DNA of 64,000 bases, taken from the NCBI GenBank assembly GCA_018302765.1, contig JAGVZG010000002.1, forward strand, positions 32,001-96,000, in the 5' to 3' direction. This DNA comes from Candidatus Woesearchaeota archaeon (GTDB lineage Archaea; Nanobdellota; Nanobdellia; SCGC-AAA011-G17; GW2011-AR18). Below the pieces are notes generated by a model. That model saw only the letters and a list, made by a program, of their open reading frames with translations, did not search any database and was not told the DNA's origin. Both the position numbers and the translations under genes were made by a program. Positions within the stretch are counted from its first letter, which is position 1. Every line of letters starts with the position of its first letter. Positions 46,042 to 56,550 of the stretch are shown here, piece after piece.

Positions 46042-47240
46042 TGTCTTGCCTCATTATAAACTGTTATAACTTTTTTTGCAGGCTCATCAAGATTAAACTT
46101 ATTTACTTCATTAAAGCCATTGTTTTTTAATTCTTGATATAATACTTTGTATTTAAGCACAGAAACTATTTTGTTTGATAATTCATTAACGTCCCAAAAA
46201 TCAACTTTAAGACAGTGTTTCAAAACCTCTGAAACCCCTGACTGCTTAGATATTATAACAGGAACATTGTTTTTCAGAGCTTCAAGTGCAACAAGACCAA
46301 AAGGCTCAGAAACAGAAGGCATAACAAATACATCTGCCAACTTAAAGACTTTGTAGACATCTCTTTTGCTAAACCAGCCTGTAAAATTAAACCTGTCAAT
46401 AATACCAAGTTCGATTGCCCTGTTAATAATTCTTGGAAGCATATCTCCGCTACCAACAACAACAAATCTTGTGTCTGGCTCGTATTTTAGAACTTGGCTG
46501 GCAGCCTCAACAAAATAATCAGGCCCTTTCTGCAATGTAACTCTGCCAACAAACATTACTATTTTAGTATTAAATGGCTTCTTGACTTCTAAATGATAAT
46601 CAGGATCTTCTTCTTCTATTCCCCAATGCACAACAGAAATTTTATTTGGTTCTATTCCATACTTTGAGACTAGAGTGTTTTTAATTTTATTACTTATAGC
46701 AATTATCTTGTCTGCATTTTCAAACCCCATTCTTTCTATTTGATATTCTATTTCATTTGGTTTTAAACTAGATCTATCAAAAACAGTATTATGTATATGT
46801 ATTATCAATGGCTTGCCAGAAATTTCTTTGGCATTCATTCCTGCCTGATACGTCATCCAATCATGACAATGAATAACATCATGGTCATATTGTGATGCTA
46901 GTTGTGCTGCAGCTATAGAATATCTAATAACTTCTATATACAAGTTGTGTCCATATAAATCCCTAAGCCCAGACTTTAATTTTGCAATTCTTTCTTCATA
47001 GCTTTCAAATGTTGAGTACTGAGTCAAAGTAGAATTAACAGGTATAATTGTAATATTAGCAATTGTATTTGCTCCAACCAATTTCACAAATTCTACTTTT
47101 TGATCTTCTGGCAAATAAGGAACAACAAAAGTAATATCCAAGCCGTTTCTTGCAAGTCCTTTAGTCAAAGCATAGCAGGCTGTACCTAAACCACCAGAAG
47201 TATATGGTGGAAACTCCCAACCGAACATCAAAACTTTCAT
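46035..47240 (-). CDS. GT4 glycosyltransferase (candidate glycogen/alpha-glucan synthase)
   Basis: WEFPPYTSGGLG, HCHDW, VMPSVSEPFGLVALEA. Confidence 0.9.
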   Translation of the reverse strand: MKVLMFGWEFPPYTSGGLGTACYALTKGLARNGLDITFVVPYLPEDQKVEFVKLVGANTIANITIIPVNSTLTQYSTFESYEERIAKLKSGLRDLYGHNLYIEVIRYSIAAAQLASQYDHDVIHCHDWMTYQAGMNAKEISGKPLIIHIHNTVFDRSSLKPNEIEYQIERMGFENADKIIAISNKIKNTLVSKYGIEPNKISVVHWGIEEEDPDYHLEVKKPFNTKIVMFVGRVTLQKGPDYFVEAASQVLKYEPDTRFVVVGSGDMLPRIINRAIELGIIDRFNFTGWFSKRDVYKVFKLADVFVMPSVSEPFGLVALEALKNNVPVIISKQSGVSEVLKHCLKVDFWDVNELSNKIVSVLKYKVLYQELKNNGFNEVNKFNLDEPAKKVITVYNEARQW

Positions 47241-47896
47241 GTTTTCTTATCGCAATCTTTATAGTTCTCCGTTTTTAATTTTGCAACATGATTCTTGCCT
47301 TGAGTAGTTAGCTCAAAAATCCTTACATATTCAGAGCTAAATATTTCAGAAACAAATTTTTTTCCTATTAAATATGTCAAGTGCTTCTCCACTGTCCTCC
47401 AGTTTATACCTGAGTCAGTTGAGATTTGGTTTATGGTTTTTTTATCTTCAGCTATAGTCAAAATTATTAAATCCCTAATAACATTAAACGTTCTTTTTGG
47501 TTCTCTTGATTCTGGCTGTATATCAATAGATAAATAACTTACTTTTCTTAATATATCTGCTTGCTGTATTATTATTGAAACACCAATTACCAGATCATTT
47601 TTATACAATGGATTTGTGTTTAATATTAAGTCTAGTTCATTGCCTTCTTTGTCTTGCTTTTGAGTTCTAAAAGTAATTGCTTCTTTATTTCTTGTTTTAT
47701 TTAATATTGTTTCTAGCTCATAACTAAATTTGTTTTTCACTAACGGGTATAATTTTCCTAAAACTTCTTTTCCTTCATAACCAAATATATCTTCTGCAGC
47801 CTTATTCCAAAATATGACGTTGCCGTCTAGATCTAAAGCTATTATTATTTCCTTTGAATTTTTTACTATGTTCAAAACCAAATTTTCATCATACAA
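47237..47896 (-). CDS. PAS-domain protein with C-terminal winged helix
   Basis: IIALDLDGNVIFWNKAAEDIFGY PAS; KTINQISTDSGINWRTVEKHL wHTH; TTG start with SD-like gaggtgg. Confidence 0.85.
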   Translation of the reverse strand: MYDENLVLNIVKNSKEIIIALDLDGNVIFWNKAAEDIFGYEGKEVLGKLYPLVKNKFSYELETILNKTRNKEAITFRTQKQDKEGNELDLILNTNPLYKNDLVIGVSIIIQQADILRKVSYLSIDIQPESREPKRTFNVIRDLIILTIAEDKKTINQISTDSGINWRTVEKHLTYLIGKKFVSEIFSSEYVRIFELTTQGKNHVAKLKTENYKDCDKKT

Positions 47897-48046
47897 TTAA
47901 ACCACCTCTAACAGAATTCTTAATATTAAAGACAAATTTTCCCCTCATTTTTAACATAAAAATAACATTAAAGATGCTATATAAATATTTCTTTTAGGCA
48001 TAAGTTATGTTTATTTTACAGTAAATCTTATAATTAAAATTTTGTT

Positions 48047-48424
48047 TTAGCTTTTATGCTTTAGAATATTTCTAATGCCTCCAGCAGGATTCAAAATATC
48101 ACCATTATACCTAGGAATTATGTGCAATATTAAATGATCTACAGTTTTTCCAGCTGCTTTCCCTTCATTAACCCCTATATTATAGCCATGAACAGAGAAC
48201 TGATCATCCAATGTTTTCTTTAACTCTTTTAATAAATTATGATAATCTAAAACTTCATCTTCTTTTAGATCGAAAAAATAAGTCACATGTCTTTTTGCTA
48301 TTAGCAGACAGTGCCCTAAACTTACTGGATTTATATCATATATTGCATAGAATGACTTGGTTTGCTTTAGAATTATTGTTTTATCATTCTTTAATCTGCA
48401 GAATAAACATTCATCCTCTTTCAT
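48047..48424 (-). CDS. HIT family protein with altered histidine triad
   Basis: CLFC, DINPVSLGHCLLIAKRH, YNIGVNEG, HLILHIIPRY. Confidence 0.88.
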   Translation of the reverse strand: MKEDECLFCRLKNDKTIILKQTKSFYAIYDINPVSLGHCLLIAKRHVTYFFDLKEDEVLDYHNLLKELKKTLDDQFSVHGYNIGVNEGKAAGKTVDHLILHIIPRYNGDILNPAGGIRNILKHKS

Positions 48425-48539
48425 AATTTTTGTCCTCTAATAGTTAAGAAAAATTAATATGAAATGAAGAATCTAATTATTTAATGTCTATTGATTTATC
48501 TTTAATAAACCTTTTAAATATTTGCAAAGTACTGAGTTT

Positions 48540-49241
48540 ATGCAAGAAGGACTATATTTAAGAGACTGTTATTTGAAAGAATTTGATGCTATTATAGAAA
48601 ATGTAAAAGATGAAAAATATATAATTTTAGACAAAACTGCTTTCTATCCAGTAAGTGGCGGCCAACCCCATGACACTGGAAATATTGTTTGCAATGATCA
48701 AGAATATAACATTGTGTTTGTTGGAAAATTTGATGGAAAAATTTCACATGAAATTGATAAAGAAGGGTTGAAAGAAGGTGACAAAGTTCGTTGTATTATT
48801 AACTGGAATAGAAGATATAAATTAATGAGAATGCATACAGCAGCACATATCCTAGATAGTGTAATTCATAATGAAAGCGGCGCTATGTTTACAGGAAATC
48901 AATTAGGAGAAGATAAAAGTAGACTTGATTTTAATTTAGAGAAATTTGACAGAGAAAAGATGAAAAGTTATATTGAAAAAGCTAATGAAGAAATAAATAA
49001 AAATAAAGACGTGAAAATAACTTTTATGCCAAAAGATGAGGCTGAAAAGCTATCTATGTTACTAGACTGGGATTATGGCGATATGAAAGAACTTAGAGTA
49101 ATAGAAATTGAAGGCATAGATAAACAACCTTGCGGCGGAACACATGTTAAAAACACATCTGAGATAAAAAGAATAGAATTTGTTTCTGTAGAAAATAAAG
49201 GCCAAGGAAGAAAAAGACTTTACTTTAAACTGTCTGAATAA
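48540..49241 (+). CDS. alaX: Alanyl-tRNA editing protein AlaX-M
   Basis: TAFYPVSGGQPHD, MRMHTAAH, PCGGTHV; start moved to ATG 48540. Confidence 0.93.
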   Translation: MQEGLYLRDCYLKEFDAIIENVKDEKYIILDKTAFYPVSGGQPHDTGNIVCNDQEYNIVFVGKFDGKISHEIDKEGLKEGDKVRCIINWNRRYKLMRMHTAAHILDSVIHNESGAMFTGNQLGEDKSRLDFNLEKFDREKMKSYIEKANEEINKNKDVKITFMPKDEAEKLSMLLDWDYGDMKELRVIEIEGIDKQPCGGTHVKNTSEIKRIEFVSVENKGQGRKRLYFKLSE

Positions 49242-49310
49242 GTTGTGATTTTATTGTAAAATTATAATTGACGTACATAAATCTTTATAAAATGAAATTC
49301 CAAGGTTTTT

Positions 49311-52112
49311 ATGATGTTAGCCAAAAACGTAAGAGATCTAGATTCTATAATTCTTAAAGATACATCTCCAACAAGTGCATTAAGAAAGAATATTGGTAGT
49401 TATTTATTTTATATGTACACCAGAGATGTAAATGAGGGATTAATCCCAAGAGAAGCTTCTTTGGCTTTTGCATATAATTCTAATGGCTTAAATTTTAATG
49501 TATTTTTAGATACAGAAATAGTAACAACAGGTTCAATTGAAATACCTAATGAAGAAATTGTTAAATTATTATCTAGAAAAGATTTTACCTTAGAATATGA
49601 AACACTAACTGACAAACCTGAGAAGTTAAGAATAAAAAAAATAAATGGCAGAGATGTTTTTCCTAATTCTAGAGAATTTAAAATTGATGACCTTGCTCCT
49701 TTGGGAGAAGGGGTCTTTCTAACTAATGATCTTATTGATCTTATAAAACAAGCAAGCAGAAGTTCTGATAATATTGAAATAAAAAAATCTGAAAAAAGAA
49801 AAATAGAAGCTGCATTTAATACAAGTTTAGGTTATTATTCAATTTCCCCTGGAGACGATCTAAGTGTAAAAGCTGCAAAGTTTTTGGCTAATTTGAAAAT
49901 TGAAGGATTATATGAAGATAATAAATTAGTGTTTAATGAAAAAAAATATTCATTGGATCATATGATTACTGCTGTTGAAGGCAAAGAAGCTATAGGTGTA
50001 TCAATTAATGGCAGAGATGCTGAAATAAGAAAAGTTGTTGATTTGGAAAAGAAAAGGGGATTATTCCATCCAATTGTTGTACTATATCATATTCGTATAC
50101 CTGAAGGAAGATCTTACAGCAAGAAGGAAGATATAATGAAAGCATTATATCTAGATGACCTTGGATTGGAGGCAATGATAAAACAAGGAAAAATAAAAAA
50201 ATATGGTTCTGGTATTAAAAAATTGGCAATTATGGAACAACAAATAAAATTATACCATGATATTTGGGAATGGCTTGCAAGTAATAATTACGATGTTCCA
50301 GTTATAGGACAAATTACAGAACCTACTCAGGTTCAAGAAGTTGTAGTAGATCTTAATCGTAACAAATTAATTTTAGCTGACAAAAATTTTAGTTCAATAG
50401 CAAGCATAGTTTCTAATGATATTTATTCTATGCCTGTCGCAATTGCAGGAAAATATGGATTTCCTAAGTTAACAACGGCAAGACTGTTATTAAAAAGAGA
50501 TCATGCTGAAATATATACTCAAAATGGTTTAGTAGGAACATTTAGAATTTCAAGAGAAAAATTAGATCATTATGGTATTTTGCAAGTTTCTTATATTCCT
50601 TCACATATAACAAGTACAATAAATATAGGTGATATTATTGGTATTAATAAAATAAGTGGTGAAGAACTTTTAGTTTCTGCAGCGCAAAGATTTGGGGATA
50701 GAGAATCTAGGACGTTAGTAGAAGGTAGTGACAGAAGCAACATAGTAACTGAAGATTTGGCTGCAGTACCAGAAGAATACAAGAAAAAACAAATTACAGG
50801 TAGAAGTAATATCTGTAGATCTTTAGGGATAGGTGATGCTGACTTAGCTAAAAAAAGAGAAGAATTAATTGGGAAAAAATTATTATATAGAGGCGATGAT
50901 GGTTCTCTTTATGTTCTTGAAAGTGACATACCAGAACTTAAGAAATATTTTGGAATATCTGAATTAGTAAAAATTGCTTCGGCACCTGTAAAATCTATTT
51001 TGCCTGAAAGAAAAGAAGAGAGAACAGAAATACCTAGAAATGAGAAAAAACAAATTTATGATATACATAAACATGTTAAAGTTGGAACTATTGCTTATGA
51101 CTTTAGTGCTTTCTATACTGGCGATAATGATAATCCACACAAAGTTGCATTTGGGGTTATTGCAAGAAACTTTATTAGATTGCTAAAACAATATGATGAA
51201 GAAAAAGACCGAGATCTTATATTTGTAGAAAAAAAAGATGTTGGTAAAATTGCAGAAATATTTAATGGAAGAATTGGTTTTGATATTAGTGATAAATTAT
51301 CACAAGGAATATTTGCATTTTATTCACTTCCGTCTATAGAGAAGATAAATGTAACTAAAAACCATATTAAAATAGATTTTGTGCTTGGAAATCAAGGTTT
51401 ACATGAAAGCAATAAGGATTTTTACTTTGCGCGTTATCATCTTGCATTAACTCTAAAGGATAAAATTAAACTTGATGGAAGTATGTATCCTGTAATAGAA
51501 AAGTCTCATGAAGCAGAATTATATACTGAGATTAGTAAGTATTTAGGAAAAGAAATTTTGCCAATAAGAGAAAATCGTGGCATAAAAGAAAGATCAAGAA
51601 ACCATAATGGGAAAATAGAATATAGAAATGCAAAAGAAAATATTATTATAAATGGCAAAGAAGATATAAAAACAGAAATTGAAAATGGCAGGCGCCTAGA
51701 TCAAAACCCTGGTAAAAAACCAATAACAACACAACCAAATTATACTGCTGCTATCCTTCAAGGAATAGAAGCAATGGTATTAGGAGAAAAATTTTATTTA
51801 GGAATGTCTAAGAGAGCTTTTGGAGGAGTTCTAGAAAAGGATTATGGTACGGGTCTTAATAATTATGTAAATGGATTACATAGATATGCAGAAGAAGTAT
51901 GGGGAATAAAAGAGACTGAAAGGGACAAAACAGAAGATATTGAAGTTGCAGTTAGAGAAATAAAAGATGAATTAAAATTAGATGAGGAGAGTGCCTTAAG
52001 AGTATTAACTGATGAATTAAAAATAAAAGATAGTGTTGTACCTAGAACAAATTTAATGATTTATATAGCAAGAGTAAAATATATTATGTCTAATAATGCA
52101 ATAATTGTGTAA
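49311..52112 (+). CDS. Large hypothetical protein (933 aa)
   Basis: Long open frame, no recognised family. Confidence 0.75.
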   Translation: MMLAKNVRDLDSIILKDTSPTSALRKNIGSYLFYMYTRDVNEGLIPREASLAFAYNSNGLNFNVFLDTEIVTTGSIEIPNEEIVKLLSRKDFTLEYETLTDKPEKLRIKKINGRDVFPNSREFKIDDLAPLGEGVFLTNDLIDLIKQASRSSDNIEIKKSEKRKIEAAFNTSLGYYSISPGDDLSVKAAKFLANLKIEGLYEDNKLVFNEKKYSLDHMITAVEGKEAIGVSINGRDAEIRKVVDLEKKRGLFHPIVVLYHIRIPEGRSYSKKEDIMKALYLDDLGLEAMIKQGKIKKYGSGIKKLAIMEQQIKLYHDIWEWLASNNYDVPVIGQITEPTQVQEVVVDLNRNKLILADKNFSSIASIVSNDIYSMPVAIAGKYGFPKLTTARLLLKRDHAEIYTQNGLVGTFRISREKLDHYGILQVSYIPSHITSTINIGDIIGINKISGEELLVSAAQRFGDRESRTLVEGSDRSNIVTEDLAAVPEEYKKKQITGRSNICRSLGIGDADLAKKREELIGKKLLYRGDDGSLYVLESDIPELKKYFGISELVKIASAPVKSILPERKEERTEIPRNEKKQIYDIHKHVKVGTIAYDFSAFYTGDNDNPHKVAFGVIARNFIRLLKQYDEEKDRDLIFVEKKDVGKIAEIFNGRIGFDISDKLSQGIFAFYSLPSIEKINVTKNHIKIDFVLGNQGLHESNKDFYFARYHLALTLKDKIKLDGSMYPVIEKSHEAELYTEISKYLGKEILPIRENRGIKERSRNHNGKIEYRNAKENIIINGKEDIKTEIENGRRLDQNPGKKPITTQPNYTAAILQGIEAMVLGEKFYLGMSKRAFGGVLEKDYGTGLNNYVNGLHRYAEEVWGIKETERDKTEDIEVAVREIKDELKLDEESALRVLTDELKIKDSVVPRTNLMIYIARVKYIMSNNAIIV

Positions 52113-52260
52113 ATTCTAAAATTTTTTTTAATAATTTTTATTGAAGTACTAGGCTGAAATTATCTTAAATTACATATTACTACACAATAGAAACAACAAA
52201 TATAAATAAGTATTTTTAAAACACAATAAATTATATAAAATAGCTTATAACTGTAAAATC

Positions 52261-53706
52261 ATGCAAAAAAAGGATTTAAAGGGTATAACAATAAAAAAAG
52301 ATGATGACTTCTCTGAATGGTATAGCCAACTATTGCAAAAAGCAGATTTGATAGAATACACAGATGTTTCAGGCTGCTATATTCTAAAACCCAGATCTTA
52401 TGCTATATGGGAGATAGTTCAGACTTATTTAGACAAAAAATTCAAAGATTCAGGCGTAAAAAATGTTTATTTTCCATTATTCATACCAGAGCATCTGCTA
52501 ACAAAAGAAGCAAAACATTTTGCAGGCTTCACTCCAGAAGTTGCATGGGTTACAGAAGCAGGCAGTACAAAACTAAGTGAAAGACTAGCAATAAGACCAA
52601 CTTCTGAAACAATAATGTACAATGCTTATGCAAAATGGATTAGAAGCTATAAAGACCTGCCTTTAAGGCTAAATCAATGGTGTAACGTGGTCAGATGGGA
52701 ATTTAAGCATAGCACGCCTTTTTTAAGATCCAGAGAATTCTTATGGCAAGAAGGCCATAGCGCATTTTCAACAAAGCAAGAAGCTGAGAAAGAAGCACTG
52801 GAAATGTTAAATTATTATGCTGAAACATATGAAGATATGTATGCTGTTCCTGTAATAAAAGGAAGAAAATCCAAGAAAGAGAAATTTGCAGGGGCAGAAT
52901 ATACGTTAAGCATAGAAACACTCCTACCTAATGGAAAGGCAATACAGTGCGCAACCAGCCATTACTTGGGTCAAAATTTTTCAGAAGCATTTAATATAAG
53001 ATTTATAGACAAAGATGAAAAAACAAAGTTAGTTCACCAAAATTCATGGGGCTTTTCAACAAGATCAATAGGAATTATGCTAATGATGCATTCTGATGAT
53101 AAAGGTCTTGTTATTCCGCCAAATGTTGCAGAGAATAAATTAGTTATTGTACCTATATTGATAGATAAAGAAAAAGAAAAAATACTAAAAGCCTGCAATG
53201 ATGTCGCTAAATTGCTAAAAGAATTTAATCCAATAATTGATGATAGAGAAGAGTATACTCCGGGCTGGAAATTTAATGACTGGGAATTAAAAGGTATTCC
53301 ACTAAGAATTGAGATTGGTCCTAAAGATATAGCAAAAGACAGTGTTGTTGTTGTTACAAGACATGACAATAAGAAATCATCTGTAAAAATAAAATCCTTA
53401 AAAAATGAAGTTGGCATTTCATTAGAAAAAATGCAGAAAGATTTATTTGAGAAGGCAAAAAAATATATTAAAAATAATATTATTGTAGTTAATAACTGGA
53501 AAGAATTTGAAAAAGCTGTAAAAGAAAAGAAGCTAGTAAAAGCGAACTGGTGCGATACTATGAATTGCGAAGAAGATATAAAGAATAAAAGCGATGGCGC
53601 AAAATCATTAGTAATCCCGTTAGACGAGCCTGAATTAAAAGGCAAGAGATGCTTTAATTGCGGTAAAGAAGCTTCTTTTGTCTGCTACTTTGGAAAGAGC
53701 TACTAA
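52261..53706 (+). CDS. proS: Proline--tRNA ligase (archaeal/eukaryotic type)
   Basis: FSEWY, IRPTSET, VVRWE, FLRSREFLWQEGH, QNSWG, C-terminal Cys motif. Confidence 0.97.
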   Translation: MQKKDLKGITIKKDDDFSEWYSQLLQKADLIEYTDVSGCYILKPRSYAIWEIVQTYLDKKFKDSGVKNVYFPLFIPEHLLTKEAKHFAGFTPEVAWVTEAGSTKLSERLAIRPTSETIMYNAYAKWIRSYKDLPLRLNQWCNVVRWEFKHSTPFLRSREFLWQEGHSAFSTKQEAEKEALEMLNYYAETYEDMYAVPVIKGRKSKKEKFAGAEYTLSIETLLPNGKAIQCATSHYLGQNFSEAFNIRFIDKDEKTKLVHQNSWGFSTRSIGIMLMMHSDDKGLVIPPNVAENKLVIVPILIDKEKEKILKACNDVAKLLKEFNPIIDDREEYTPGWKFNDWELKGIPLRIEIGPKDIAKDSVVVVTRHDNKKSSVKIKSLKNEVGISLEKMQKDLFEKAKKYIKNNIIVVNNWKEFEKAVKEKKLVKANWCDTMNCEEDIKNKSDGAKSLVIPLDEPELKGKRCFNCGKEASFVCYFGKSY

Positions 53707-53762
53707 GAATACATAAACTGAGCTTTAATAAAATTTAAATATTAATAAAATACCACTATTGT

Positions 53763-54212
53763 ATGGCAACACTTGATGATGCAGAAGGTTTTCTAGTTGG
53801 CGTTGAAAATACAGTAAAAGAACTGGGAGAAAAATACAACAGCAAACAAAGCGAAAGAGTGTTATCCAGTCATGTTTGGATGTCTGACTACATAGATGGC
53901 ATGGTTAAGAACAAGGTAAATCGTTTAAGAGATGCTTTAACAACATTGAAGGATAAACATGTTGGAGAATTTAGATCAGTTACACAATTTGATGCTATAA
54001 TAACTTTCTGTAATGACATTAGCAAATTATTAAATGATATTAATACACTTTACAGAATGAGATCAAATTATGTAGATATAAAACTAAAATTTCAGTACAA
54101 TCTTCCACAAATAGAAGACAAAATAAAACATATGAGAAACAGATTTAATATAATAAAAGGACAGTTAACAAAAAAAACATTTGAGTATGAAGAAGATACT
54201 GACTGGTTCTAA
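53763..54212 (+). CDS. Hypothetical helical protein
   Basis: 149-aa ORF. Confidence 0.55.
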   Translation: MATLDDAEGFLVGVENTVKELGEKYNSKQSERVLSSHVWMSDYIDGMVKNKVNRLRDALTTLKDKHVGEFRSVTQFDAIITFCNDISKLLNDINTLYRMRSNYVDIKLKFQYNLPQIEDKIKHMRNRFNIIKGQLTKKTFEYEEDTDWF

Positions 54213-55487
54213 GTGATTTTTATGAAAAATTATGATGTAGTTATTGTTGGTTCAGGAGTCATAGGAACTTCTATAGCATATCATTTAAGTTCAAGATTGG
54301 GAACAGGAAAAGATATATTATTATTAGACAAGGCATCAACATCTTGTCATGGAAACACTCAGAGAAGCGCAGCTAAAATTCGTGATACTGTTGCTTCACA
54401 AACCAATTTAGATCTTTGCAGATCATCTATTGAGGCTTACAAATATTATCAAGACTCGGGAGTCGATTTAGGTTTAAAATTTGAGGGCTATCTATGGTTA
54501 ATGACTGATGATCAAAGATCGAGAAATCAAACTTCAATAGATACAATGCTGCGTAATGGCGTAAATATAGAAATATTAGATGAATTTAGCATAACAAAAT
54601 TATTACCAAACCTGAACTTAAAATTAGAAAAACGAACAAGAGAACTACTTAGATTAGAAGATATAACATGCGCTTTGTTTGGAAAAAATTGCGGTTCAAT
54701 AGATCCTGAGTTACTTACAAGATTTTATGAAAGAAGATTTTTAGAAATGGGTGGAAACAAATTGTACAACTGTGAAGTCAGGTCTTTGGTTTTTGACAAA
54801 TCTGATGGAGAAACAAATCATTTGCTTATGGACTTATCAAGAGTGCATGGTGTAATAACAGATAAAGGAAAAGTTTTAGCAGAAAATGTGGTTTTGGCAA
54901 CTGGAGCTTATACTCAATTTTTATTGGAAGGAAAACATGGCATTCATAGTGGCTTGAAGGGAACAAAGAAAAGACAGCTATATGAATTAGCAACTAAAGA
55001 TTTCGATAGTATAAAGTGCATTAATAGTTATTTTCCATTTACTATACTTCCATACAAAGGAATTTATTTATATCTAATAAAAGAAGGAGAAGTTGTAGTT
55101 GGCTGTTCTGACAACGTAGGAAGACCATTTACATTAGAAAATGATCCTCAGCCAGAGCCACAGTTTTTTAGAAATTGTGTCATGCCCATACTAATAGAAT
55201 ATTTTCCTTTCTTAAGTAGAGCAATTGAGAAAGGTACAACAGCAGGAATGTACGACTATAGTGCTGAAGGCGCACCGAATATAGATGAAGTAATAAATGG
55301 TCTTGTTATTGCAAATGGTTCAAGTGGTAGAGGCATAATGACTGCAGATGCTATAGGAAGAATAACTGCATCTATGATACTTGGAGAAGAAGAAACAGAA
55401 TTATTTGGCAGGAAAAAATTTAATGTTAGCAAGTTAAGCATAGATCCAAAAAAAAGAAATGTTGAGCCTGAACTATTTAGTCTATGA
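54213..55487 (+). CDS. FAD-dependent oxidoreductase (DAO/sarcosine oxidase beta family)
   Basis: DVVIVGSGVIGTSIAYHL, VVLATGAY, GSSGRGIM. Confidence 0.9.
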   Translation: MIFMKNYDVVIVGSGVIGTSIAYHLSSRLGTGKDILLLDKASTSCHGNTQRSAAKIRDTVASQTNLDLCRSSIEAYKYYQDSGVDLGLKFEGYLWLMTDDQRSRNQTSIDTMLRNGVNIEILDEFSITKLLPNLNLKLEKRTRELLRLEDITCALFGKNCGSIDPELLTRFYERRFLEMGGNKLYNCEVRSLVFDKSDGETNHLLMDLSRVHGVITDKGKVLAENVVLATGAYTQFLLEGKHGIHSGLKGTKKRQLYELATKDFDSIKCINSYFPFTILPYKGIYLYLIKEGEVVVGCSDNVGRPFTLENDPQPEPQFFRNCVMPILIEYFPFLSRAIEKGTTAGMYDYSAEGAPNIDEVINGLVIANGSSGRGIMTADAIGRITASMILGEEETELFGRKKFNVSKLSIDPKKRNVEPELFSL

Positions 55488-55513
55488 ATTTTCTAAAAGC
55501 TTACTACATAATG

Positions 55514-56434
55514 CTATATTTCCAAATGGTGTAAAGCAAATATAGAAGAAGATAAATCAGAAGTCTTAGAAACTATTGTTGATAATGAATTTAAAAGCTG
55601 TAATTCAAATTTATTTCTTGTATTTATATTATTCAATTTATTAAATAATTCTTCCTTTCTATCAACTAATGAATTTACCTTTTCAATTGAAAATTTGTAC
55701 ATTAATTCATAATAATCATTAAAAAAACTATTAACTTCTTTGTATAAATCTAGAATATCTTTACTTATTTCATAATTATTCATGGACAGATTATTGCATA
55801 TTGACTTGTATTCGTCTGCTATCTTTTCCAAATTCCAGATAATTGTAGTAATAAATAACTGCTTGTCTGGCTCTTTGTAAAACCCTTTGTTAATTAACCT
55901 AAGGCAAAAACTGGTTAATTGATTGTTGCTCATCTCCAAATTAATCAATGATTTCAAGCTAGAAAATTGTGTTGAACTTATCATATCAAGGCTTGATGAA
56001 GCTAGAGAATTTGTAACTAAAAAGGCCCTTCTCAATGTATTATTAAATTCTGATTCTACTTCGTTAGCAATATTTTTTAAGACAGTTTTCTTTGATGTCT
56101 GTTCTATAACAATAAAACCAAGCAATAGGTTCTTTATTAGGTCCTGTACAACATCATTTAATTTTGGCTTGCTATAAACTAAGGTAATTTCATCATAGCC
56201 TAATTTATGCAAGGCAGAAGCAGCGTATCTTAAGGTTCTTTCATTAAAGCCATCTATATCTATATTTATAGTCCTGACCTCGCTGCCGTTTTTAACAGGT
56301 TTAACCATAATATTATTTCCAAGCTCTTCTATGTCCAATTCGTCTCCTTTTTTTATATTAAAACGCTTTACCCAAGAATGTGGCAAAGACACAACAGAAG
56401 TTTTTCCTGCCAACTGTATTACTTTTCTTTTCAT
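55514..56434 (-). CDS. Phosphate uptake regulator (AbrB-PhoU type)
   Basis: RKVIQLAG...SLPHSWVK...KKGDEL AbrB domain; LEKIADE PhoU-like helices. Confidence 0.88.
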   Translation of the reverse strand: MKRKVIQLAGKTSVVSLPHSWVKRFNIKKGDELDIEELGNNIMVKPVKNGSEVRTINIDIDGFNERTLRYAASALHKLGYDEITLVYSKPKLNDVVQDLIKNLLLGFIVIEQTSKKTVLKNIANEVESEFNNTLRRAFLVTNSLASSSLDMISSTQFSSLKSLINLEMSNNQLTSFCLRLINKGFYKEPDKQLFITTIIWNLEKIADEYKSICNNLSMNNYEISKDILDLYKEVNSFFNDYYELMYKFSIEKVNSLVDRKEELFNKLNNINTRNKFELQLLNSLSTIVSKTSDLSSSIFALHHLEI

Positions 56435-56550
56435 ATTTAAGATAAATAATTCATAAAGCTATAAACCTTACTGTATTATAAGGTATTATATAAATTATAA
56501 GAATCAATTATAAATATTTCAAAAAATATATAGTTTAGAGGTGGTTTAAA

